From Gemmatimonadales bacterium (GTDB lineage Bacteria > Gemmatimonadota > Gemmatimonadetes > Gemmatimonadales > GWC2-71-9), in contig DASYCE010000016.1 in assembly GCA_036500345.1 (NCBI GenBank), positions 13,085-77,084 of the forward strand: 64,000 nucleotides of DNA, read 5' to 3'. Below are positions 19,561-27,414 of this stretch, piece after piece. Position 1 is the first letter of the stretch; each line of letters opens with the position of its first letter. The notes beneath the pieces are model-generated. The model was given only the letters and a program-made list of their open reading frames with translations. It was not told the DNA's origin and did not search any database. A program made the position numbers and the translations under genes.

Positions 19561-19893
19561 ATGCATTTCCTCCTCGCAGTCATCAGCGATGGCACCGAAA
19601 CCGACGCCCCGGCAGTCGGAATCGCGATCGACCGCTTCAACGACCGCCTCCGGGCCGACAAGCACTGGGTCTTTGGCGGGGGGCTGACTCCCTTGGGCGA
19701 CGCCCGCACCATCGACAACCGCGGCGCCAAGCCGATGATCACCGACGGGCCGTTCACCGAGTCGAAGGAGTTCATCGCTGGCTTCTGGGTGATCGAGGCC
19801 GCCGACCTCAAGACCGCCCTCGCCCTCGGCACGGCGGCCTCCAAGGCGTGCGACAGGAAGATCGAGGTCCGGCCATTCGGCGGGATCGCATGA
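19561..19893 (+). CDS. YciI/DGPF family protein
   Basis: TDGPFTESKEFIAGFWVIEA...IEVRPF. Confidence 0.9.
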   Translation: MHFLLAVISDGTETDAPAVGIAIDRFNDRLRADKHWVFGGGLTPLGDARTIDNRGAKPMITDGPFTESKEFIAGFWVIEAADLKTALALGTAASKACDRKIEVRPFGGIA

Positions 19894-19980
19894 CCGGTCC
19901 CTGACCGGTCAATCGTTCACCTGCTCCACCGGGACGGGGTAGTTTTCCCGGCACCGAAACAGCCGAACCAGAGGGTCGCC

Positions 19981-22440
19981 ATGTCCTTCGTCCGTGATCT
20001 CAAAATCGCCGCCCGGTCGCTCTCCCGCGTCCCCTCCCTCTGGGCCACGGTGGCGCTCACCCTCGCCCTCGGCATCGGCGCCAACGCGGCGATCTTCTCG
20101 GTGGTGCGCACGGTGCTGCTGCGCCCGCTGACCAATCGCGACGAATCGCGCCTCCTCTATATCAGGCAGAGCGCCCCCGGCCTCAACGCCGACAACATCG
20201 CCTTCTCGATCCCCGAGATCGAGGACCTCCGCGCCCGGCTCAAGTCGATCCCTGAACTCGGCGAGTTCTCCGAGATCGATTTCACCGTTCACGGACTCGG
20301 CCAGCCGCGCACCATCCCCGCCGGCGTCGTCGACGGCCGGTATTTCGACGTGATGGGTCTTCGCCCGATCATCGGCCGGCTGATCGGTACAGCGGATGAC
20401 GGCCCCAGCGCCCCCGGTGTCGCGGTCCTGACCTACAAGTTCTGGACGCAGTCGCTGCATTCCGATCCAAATGTGCTGGGCCGAGTGCTGCGGCTCGATT
20501 CGAACGAAGGATCGCGCGCGGCGACGGTGGTCGGTGTCCTCGAGCCGGCGGTGCCGTACCCGGTCGAGACGCAGATCATCGCCAACGTGGCGACGTCGCC
20601 GCATCACCTCTCGGCGACGATGGTGACGGGGCGAGCCCACCGGATGACCGAACTCTTCGGGCGTCTGGCACCGGGGGCGACGCTCGACCAGGCGCGCGCC
20701 GAACTCCACACCGATTACGCGTCGATGCTGCAGGCGCATCCGGAGAGCTACAAGCACGACGACCAGTTCGGGATCGCCGTGCGGCCGATGCGGGAGCAGA
20801 TCAACTCGACGGCGTCGACAGTGCTGTGGATCCTCTTCGCCGCGTCGGCGCTCCTCTTCGTGATCGCGGCGTCGAATGTCGCCAACCTGATCCTCGCCCG
20901 GACGATCCGCCGCGAGTCGGAACTCGCCGTGCGCGCGGCACTCGGCGCGGGAACCGGCGCGCTCCGCCGCTCGCTTCTCGCCGAGTCGCTGATCCTCTGC
21001 GGAACAGGTGTCGCGGGCGCGCTGCTGATCGCCGCACCGATGGTGGCGATCCTCGGCCGGTACGCATCGCGCTTCTCGGTGCGCGCGGATGATCTCCACC
21101 TCGACGCGACACTGGTGGTCTTCGGGATCGTCCTCGCGCTCGTGGCGGCGGTGGCGCTGGCGTTCGTGCCGCGGCTGCCGTCGTCGAAAGGGGCGACGAT
21201 GGGTGGTCTCGCCGGCGGCGGGACGCGGAGCACCACCGGCTCCAACCGGCGGCTGCGCGTCTTTGCGGTGACGCAGATCATCGCGTCGTTCCTCCTTCTC
21301 GCGGGGACCGGACTCCTGCTGCGCACGCTGTACACGCTCGAATCGACCAAGCCGCCGTTCGACACCACGCGCGTCCTGGCGATCAACCTCCCGCCCGATA
21401 CCTACGACCGGACGCCGGAGCAGGTGCAGCAGATGACTCGCGACATCAACAGCCGCGTCGCGGCGATTCCCGGCGTGCAGAGTGTCGCGACCGGCTTTGC
21501 GGTGCCGTGGCGCGACGCGCAGGGACTCAGCATCCGCTTCGCCTTTGCGGTCGACGGCGGGAAGAAGGTGACCGAGGACGATCCGCACGCCGCCTTCCGC
21601 TCGATCTCGCCGGGGTATTTCTCGACGCTCGGCGTGCCGCTGCTCGAGGGGCGCGACTTCAGGGATGACGACAAGACCGGGACCGATCGCGTGGTGATCG
21701 TGAGCAAGAGTGTGGTCGACAAGCTCTTTCCGGGTGAGCCGGCGATCGGCCGGATGCTGCGGTGGACCGATCCGGTGATGAAGTTCATCGGGATCGCCGA
21801 GGAGAACCGGAAGATTGTCGGAGTAGTGCCGGATCTTGACGACCAGAACATCATCCCGAATCCGGCGATGACGGTGTACCAGCCGGTCGATCAGGAGGGG
21901 TGGGGTGGCCGGCTCTTCGTGCGGGCGGCGGGGAATCCGATGCCGTTGCTTCCGTCGATCGTGAAGACGATCCAGGGGGTCGACGCCGACCAGCCGATCG
22001 AGCAGGCGGCGACGCTGGAGGATGTGCGTGCGGCGGTGCTGGCGCCGCAGAAGCTCAACGCGGTGGTTTTTGGTGGCTTCGCGGCGGTGGCGCTGCTGAT
22101 CTCGGTGATCGGGATCGCCGGTGTTCTCGGCTTCTCGGTAAGCGGGCGGACTCGTGAGTTCGGGATTCGCCTGGCGCTTGGCGCCGACCGGCGCGATGTG
22201 CTGGCGAGTGTGTTGCGTGAGGGAGTGGTGATCGCGGCGGTGGGAGTGTTGGCGGCGGTGCTGGTGGGTGAAGCGGGAGTGCGGGTGGTGGCGGCGAAGG
22301 TGGGGGCGGTGCAATTGCCGGGGATCGTGGTGCTGATCGGTAGTGCGGCGGTGATCGTGGTGGCGGCGGCGATCGCGTCAGCTGTGCCGGCGGCGCGTGC
22401 CGCGCGGGTTGACGTGGTCGAAGCGCTGAGGCGGGAGTAG
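19981..22440 (+). CDS. ADOP family duplicated ABC permease (MacB/FtsX-like)
   Basis: TLALGIGANAAIFSVV, NVANLILAR..RRESELAVRAALGA, RTREFGIRLALGA, PAARAARVD..EALR. Confidence 0.92.
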   Translation: MSFVRDLKIAARSLSRVPSLWATVALTLALGIGANAAIFSVVRTVLLRPLTNRDESRLLYIRQSAPGLNADNIAFSIPEIEDLRARLKSIPELGEFSEIDFTVHGLGQPRTIPAGVVDGRYFDVMGLRPIIGRLIGTADDGPSAPGVAVLTYKFWTQSLHSDPNVLGRVLRLDSNEGSRAATVVGVLEPAVPYPVETQIIANVATSPHHLSATMVTGRAHRMTELFGRLAPGATLDQARAELHTDYASMLQAHPESYKHDDQFGIAVRPMREQINSTASTVLWILFAASALLFVIAASNVANLILARTIRRESELAVRAALGAGTGALRRSLLAESLILCGTGVAGALLIAAPMVAILGRYASRFSVRADDLHLDATLVVFGIVLALVAAVALAFVPRLPSSKGATMGGLAGGGTRSTTGSNRRLRVFAVTQIIASFLLLAGTGLLLRTLYTLESTKPPFDTTRVLAINLPPDTYDRTPEQVQQMTRDINSRVAAIPGVQSVATGFAVPWRDAQGLSIRFAFAVDGGKKVTEDDPHAAFRSISPGYFSTLGVPLLEGRDFRDDDKTGTDRVVIVSKSVVDKLFPGEPAIGRMLRWTDPVMKFIGIAEENRKIVGVVPDLDDQNIIPNPAMTVYQPVDQEGWGGRLFVRAAGNPMPLLPSIVKTIQGVDADQPIEQAATLEDVRAAVLAPQKLNAVVFGGFAAVALLISVIGIAGVLGFSVSGRTREFGIRLALGADRRDVLASVLREGVVIAAVGVLAAVLVGEAGVRVVAAKVGAVQLPGIVVLIGSAAVIVVAAAIASAVPAARAARVDVVEALRRE

Positions 22441-22637
22441 CATCGCGGGTGTACGGTGTCACTTGGTTCTTGTGACTCCGTGTCGGCGGTAGGCCTCTTC
22501 GAGCTCGAGATAGGCGCGCTCGATGCGGTCGACACTGTCAGAGAATCGTCGCATGAGTTCCTCGCGCCGCCTGATCCTTGCCTGGGTGGCGTATTCGTGG
22601 AGCCGTTCGGGACACTCATGTACGGTCTTTTCGATGG

Positions 22638-22994
22638 TCACGGTTCCCTCCTGATCGCATTGAGTTCACTGCGGAGCTGGCTGAGTTCGCATTCCAGGTC
22701 TGCGATATCGACGCATGCTTTCATCGTCAACTGCTCTGCCTCTCGCCATCCTGCGGCGAGGGAGTTCTCGAAGTTCAACTGTGAATTCGCCACGGTAATG
22801 CTGGTACTTCGTGGGATCTCGCGGCCAACAAACTCGGACCTGTTCCCGAAAAGCCTGGTGATCCAGAGAACCGCGAACCCGATTCCCAATATTGCGCACG
22901 CCCCGATGAACGCCAACAGCAGCGCAAGTGCGCCGGCCGCGATGCCGCCGAGGATGCCGTGAAGCGGCAGCACGTTGAAGAAATCAATCATCAC
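22638..22994 (-). CDS. hypothetical membrane-anchored coiled-coil protein
   Basis: N-terminal hydrophobic segment, C-terminal heptads; a 60-aa ORF (22459-22641) is coupled to it. Confidence 0.4.
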   Translation of the reverse strand: MMIDFFNVLPLHGILGGIAAGALALLLAFIGACAILGIGFAVLWITRLFGNRSEFVGREIPRSTSITVANSQLNFENSLAAGWREAEQLTMKACVDIADLECELSQLRSELNAIRREP

Positions 22995-23036
22995 TGTGGC
23001 AAAATTGCAGGGTCGGCGAGCTGCGGGGGCACTTGA

Positions 23037-24044
23037 TTACGCGAGCGAGTCCGCAATCGATGCCAACTCATCCGCTTCCCGCCACTGCCGTTCGAGCGAT
23101 CGCAGTTCGCCGAGGAACGCCTGCTGTTCGTCGGCTTCGTTGAGCCACATTTCCATCGCGAGCCGGTCAGCGGGCAGCATCCCGGCGAAGCGGAATCCGC
23201 CGGCACCAAATCCCTCCCATCGTTCCCGCGCAATCGAAGGCCTGCGGGAACCGTGCTCCGCCGCTTCGACGCCGGGCTGACGGATCCACTCGGCGAAGGC
23301 AGCAGAGTCGAGGCGCATCAGGGCAGCATGGATATGAGCTCGGCTACCGACGAAATCGTTGACGCTGGCGGCGATCCGCTTGGCGAGGGTGTGCGCCTCC
23401 GCTCCCGTGATCGTGAGGAGATGCTTGCTCCCGACATTGGGGCGAAGGGTGACCTCGACCTCGGCCCCTGAAAACGCGAAGTGCGCCGTTCGCAACTGCG
23501 CTTCACCGAGGAGTTGCGAGTCGACTCGATCGGATGGGGCGAGGCACACGCGCCGGTGTCGGTCGAGGGCCAGTGCCCAGCCGTGTGCGGGGAGTTCGAG
23601 GAAGGCGCCTTCAAAGACGCCGAACTCGTGAATCGAGGCGCCGATCATTCCAGCCGAGATTACTGATCCGACGGCCGCTCCAGTCGCGGCGCGAAGGAAG
23701 GTATGCAGTCGGCGTGCGCGGAATTGATAGGCGTATCGCCACGACGCCAGTTCGAGGCGATCTGATCCGCCGATGTGAATCAGCGCCGAGCCGTCGTGCA
23801 TTCTTGCGATCCCGATGGTCGCGGTCGAGTAGCGCCTCCTGGCCGCAGCGAAGAGGGTGGCGCATTCATCGATTGCTTCGAGGCGGTGGTCGAAGGGGAC
23901 GAGGTTCCAGCGGGAGCAGCGGGTACAGACCACCCAGAGGCGGCCGCGAAGTGGATCGAATGCGATGCGGCGGCCGATCGCGAGGTGCTCGATGATCGTA
24001 TTGCTACCGAATCGGTGGGTGCATGCGATGCAGGTGGAATACAT
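23037..24044 (-). CDS. hypothetical protein with N-terminal CxxC...CxxC zinc-ribbon-like motif
   Basis: MYSTCIAC...LWVVCTRCSRWNL; C-terminal LERQWREADELASIADSL. Confidence 0.75.
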   Translation of the reverse strand: MYSTCIACTHRFGSNTIIEHLAIGRRIAFDPLRGRLWVVCTRCSRWNLVPFDHRLEAIDECATLFAAARRRYSTATIGIARMHDGSALIHIGGSDRLELASWRYAYQFRARRLHTFLRAATGAAVGSVISAGMIGASIHEFGVFEGAFLELPAHGWALALDRHRRVCLAPSDRVDSQLLGEAQLRTAHFAFSGAEVEVTLRPNVGSKHLLTITGAEAHTLAKRIAASVNDFVGSRAHIHAALMRLDSAAFAEWIRQPGVEAAEHGSRRPSIARERWEGFGAGGFRFAGMLPADRLAMEMWLNEADEQQAFLGELRSLERQWREADELASIADSLA

Positions 24045-24067
24045 CTCAGCCGTTCAGGCGAATGGCG

Positions 24068-24547
24068 TCACTTCACCAGCACCCCGAAATGATAGTTCAT
24101 CTCGAAGGTGACCGACTGCACGTTGCTGTCCGCCGATAGCTCGTTCAACTGGTTGAACGGAATATCAGCGAGCAGCCCGGTCGCCCCGATATCCGAGACC
24201 TGTGTCGCGGACAACGACGCGACCAGCGCCCGGTCGCTCGACGACGGACTCGCGGCCAGCTCGATGTCGACAAACTGCAGCGATGCGGCAGACTGACTGG
24301 TGAAGAGGGTGACTTCACCTGAGAGCCGTGCAAATGCGGCAGTCGATGACGAGGTGGTAATCGCGAGCGCCCGGGCGACGGGGATCACGCCGACGCTGTC
24401 TGTGCCGAGGCGGATCGCGGCGAGGGAGTCCGCGGAAGTCGGCGTGTGATCGAGACGGACCACGATAAAGGTCGTGGTGGGATTCGACATCGGCGCGGCA
24501 CACGCGGCGGTGAGGAGAAGGGAGACCAACCAACCGCGTCCAGTCAT
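24068..24547 (-). CDS. lipoprotein with two subtilase propeptide (I9)-like repeats
   Basis: Lipobox TAAC; DRALVASL...IPFNQLNELSADSNVQSV pattern. Confidence 0.6.
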   Translation of the reverse strand: MTGRGWLVSLLLTAACAAPMSNPTTTFIVVRLDHTPTSADSLAAIRLGTDSVGVIPVARALAITTSSSTAAFARLSGEVTLFTSQSAASLQFVDIELAASPSSSDRALVASLSATQVSDIGATGLLADIPFNQLNELSADSNVQSVTFEMNYHFGVLVK

Positions 24548-24703
24548 GATTCCCGCCTGCTGAGATCCGGGCACCGGTGTCTCCCTTGTTGCCCGGTCAT
24601 ACGTCGCGCAACGACCGGAGCGGCTGTAGAATGGTGAATCTCCGTCAGATGCTATGGCGAGCGTGATGCCCAGTCAAGTTGATACTGTTGCGGAGGTACT
24701 TCC

Positions 24704-25045
24704 ATGAAATGGGTCCTCGCCATCGCCGCCCTGGTTACACTAGCTGCACCCGTTCAATCCCAGGGACCGACCCGCCTCGGCCTATCAGCTCGCGCCGCAC
24801 CGATCGCAACCGCTTCGCGTCAACCATTCCATGACAATGTTGGCCAGACAGAATGGAAGAAAGGCGCCATCATCGGCGGGGTGATCGGAGTGGCGCTGGG
24901 GCTGGTATTCGCCCAGGCGCATCACAGCCTGTGTGACGAGTCGCACAACTGTTCCGATCACGACATCGTGGTCTTTTTCGGCACAACGGCGATCTGCGCC
25001 CTCCTCGGCGGCTTCATCGGATCGGGAATTCACAAGAAGGAATGA
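24704..25045 (+). CDS. small secreted glycine-zipper protein
   Basis: RBS GGAGG; MKWVLAIAA...SQGPTRLGLSAR...WKKGAIIGGVIG...GGFIGSG. Confidence 0.8.
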   Translation: MKWVLAIAALVTLAAPVQSQGPTRLGLSARAAPIATASRQPFHDNVGQTEWKKGAIIGGVIGVALGLVFAQAHHSLCDESHNCSDHDIVVFFGTTAICALLGGFIGSGIHKKE

Positions 25046-25058
25046 CAGGGAGGGACCA

Positions 25059-25388
25059 ATGAAATGGATCCTCACGATCGCAGCCATCGTCACGCTGGCC
25101 ACCCCGGCGCATTCCCAGGGACCGACTCGGCTCGGTCTTCAGGCTCGGAATCAGTCGACGTCAATCCGGACGACGCGAATCAAGGTCGATTCGGTTGCAT
25201 CGTCGCACTGGGCGCAGGGGATGGTGATCGGCGGGCTCATCGGTGCCGCGCTTGGCGCGCTCCTGAATCATCTCGGGTCGGGGATCAGCGACGTCTCCCA
25301 CAGCAGTTCGGCGCTGATCCTCGGATCGGCCGCCCTTGGCGCGATCATTGGCGGACTGATTGGATCGGGGTCGCATTCCAAGTCGTAG
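25059..25388 (+). CDS. small secreted glycine-zipper protein (tandem paralog)
   Basis: RBS GGAGG; MKWILTIAA...SQGPTRLGLQAR...HWAQGMVIGGLIG...GGLIGSG. Confidence 0.8.
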   Translation: MKWILTIAAIVTLATPAHSQGPTRLGLQARNQSTSIRTTRIKVDSVASSHWAQGMVIGGLIGAALGALLNHLGSGISDVSHSSSALILGSAALGAIIGGLIGSGSHSKS

Positions 25389-25474
25389 CCCTGCGGCCAT
25401 CTGCAGGACAAAGTGAACGTCGACCCCGCGTGAACGCTCGCACAGGTCGGCGTTCGGAACGGTGCACACGCTGA

Positions 25475-25975
25475 CTAGTCCAGGAAATACGGACAGACCA
25501 CCACGTACACGTAGCTGAGTATGGGATAGTCATCGAGCCTGTGCAGCTGATTCGCCGCGATGACTCCGTCGACGATCTGGATCGAGGTATCGACCTGGTG
25601 CACCCGGCCAAGTGCCGTGAGCAGCGCGACCGCGGAATCAATCGGTTGCGGGCCGACGCCGAGCTCGACTTCAATCTCCGTTGAGACTGAAGTGCCGAGC
25701 GGCTGGCATATGCCGACCACGCCGGGCAACGTGACCACGGCCTGAGTGTTTGCCGTTGGCAACAGCAGCACCATCGTCGAATCAGAGCGCACCACGCTGA
25801 CGATCCGGCCGTATCGTGCCACCGTGGCGCTGTCGGTTGCGGTGAGTTGTCGGCCAAAGACGATGCCGCGAAGTGGCGGCGCCGGTTCCGTCGGGCGGGT
25901 CGGGACGCCGTCGTTGCATGCGATAAGCAACGTTGACAGCAGGATGATCGAGCTGCGGAGCAATCGAGTACTCAT
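25475..25975 (-). CDS. lipoprotein with two subtilase propeptide (I9)-like repeats
   Basis: Lipobox LIAC; LLTALGRVHQV...IAANQLHRLDDYPILSYV pattern. Confidence 0.65.
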   Translation of the reverse strand: MSTRLLRSSIILLSTLLIACNDGVPTRPTEPAPPLRGIVFGRQLTATDSATVARYGRIVSVVRSDSTMVLLLPTANTQAVVTLPGVVGICQPLGTSVSTEIEVELGVGPQPIDSAVALLTALGRVHQVDTSIQIVDGVIAANQLHRLDDYPILSYVYVVVCPYFLD

Positions 25976-26454
25976 GGATTCCTCACCACCGTCAACCTCG
26001 TCTTTCCGGTTACCGACTTCACCCCATCGCCCACAGCCACCACCATCCGGTACGCTCCCGGATCGAGATTCTTCAACCCCATCGTCCTGGCGACTTCGAT
26101 CCGCGACTGCCGCGCCACGTCGTTGAAGGTCAGCTGGAGCCGCGGCTTCTTCCCCGCCGCGTCACTCGCCCCAAAGAAGGTGATCGTGGTCCGGTACGAC
26201 TTCCCCGCCTCGAGTTCGGCGAGTTGATAGTACACTGCCGCGTCATCGCCCGACGGAAAGGTCCCCAGCGGATTGAGGTCGACTGCCGTGGTCCCGGAGT
26301 TCCAGACGACGTGCCCCGCACCCCCTGCCCTTCCCATCACCACGTCGCTGATCGAGAAGCGGCTCGAATCGGGGAGGACGGCGTCGGTGAGCGCGGCCAC
26401 CGCGCCGCGGCCGTCGCCCGCGTGAAGGTGAATGGTTTCGTCGGCCCGATCCAC
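25972..26454 (-). pseudogene. probable 3' remnant of a gene homologous to the C-terminus of 57337-59169
   Basis: SISDVVMG...W.SG...V.LNPLGTF versus ALSDIVVG...W.SG...V.LAPLGSI; no signal peptide; abuts the island edge. Confidence 0.55.
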
Positions 26455-26478
26455 TCTTTTCTCACCTAGTGCGAGCGT

Positions 26479-27321
26479 TCAGGGCCATCGTTGCTTCGCA
26501 AGGACGTCCCGTCGCTCTCCCCAGAGCCAGATTAGGAACTCGGTCATTTCCGGCACGCTTGACTTCCCGGTGCTCGCAGCAATCTGATGGTCAACGATGC
26601 TAACGCGCTCAAATGCCTTTAGCATCGCCGTCTTCATCGGGTTCAAGATTCTGTATATCGACCAGATGGCTCGCGGCGCTGCCCAGCGCTGCAACTGCGG
26701 CAATCGAACCAATTCCTCTAGTGATAGTTGCTGTTGATCGAGGCCGTGAACGATGCCTCCCATAAAGGTGCCAGCAACGCCAGCAAATTCAGCGGCTCTT
26801 TCCTGGATAAGCGCGATCTTGCCTGGCTCCATCTCGTCGTCAACGATGCTGCTCAGCAATCGATTCCACACCGAAAGCGGGTCAGTAACATTCTGCTGCA
26901 ACGTGAGTGCATCCAGATTGTAGTACCGAGTCGTCTTTGCGTATTGACTCAAGAACTCCAAGATCTTACGCTCGCGGGACGCGGTTTGAAGGGGTGCCAA
27001 TGTTGCTGAGATGTCAAGATGATCCTTCGCGGCGAGAGCGTCTATCAAAGTCACAAGGTCGTGGCCCAAGCCGCGGAGGTCTTCGCGGCTGGGCGCGTTG
27101 AGCTGATGATCCGCCATGTAATCGAAAATGAAAGCAAGTTTCAGCAACCGTTCCATTCCCACACTTACAAGGAGAAAGCCAGAGTAATATTTCCCCTTCT
27201 CGCCTATGCTTGCATTCCGCAGGGATGTGAGCCCCGTTGCCAAAGTCGACTCGATTAGAAAGGCTTCCTGTTGTATTAGGTGCCACGTTGGCGTGAACCA
27301 ATCACCTCTCAGCATATTCAT
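26479..27321 (-). CDS. hypothetical protein, HEPN-like
   Basis: GMERLLKL...LGHDL..L helical pattern typical of HEPN-fold proteins; follows the RM gene. Confidence 0.55.
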   Translation of the reverse strand: MNMLRGDWFTPTWHLIQQEAFLIESTLATGLTSLRNASIGEKGKYYSGFLLVSVGMERLLKLAFIFDYMADHQLNAPSREDLRGLGHDLVTLIDALAAKDHLDISATLAPLQTASRERKILEFLSQYAKTTRYYNLDALTLQQNVTDPLSVWNRLLSSIVDDEMEPGKIALIQERAAEFAGVAGTFMGGIVHGLDQQQLSLEELVRLPQLQRWAAPRAIWSIYRILNPMKTAMLKAFERVSIVDHQIAASTGKSSVPEMTEFLIWLWGERRDVLAKQRWP

Positions 27322-27414
27322 GACGGGATGGCGAACTGAGCAAGAATTGTTTCCATTCGCCGATCTCGACTTGCAACTTGGGATCTGATCGTGGAGGCTA
27401 GCGGCCTAGGACAT

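Noticed and set aside
19909..22314. 801-aa antisense ORF and similar long shadow ORFs (33485-35293, 14636-16396, 50064-51683, 38700-40274)
   Set aside because: They are antisense shadows of clear genes in high-GC DNA with Arg/His-rich, motif-free translations.
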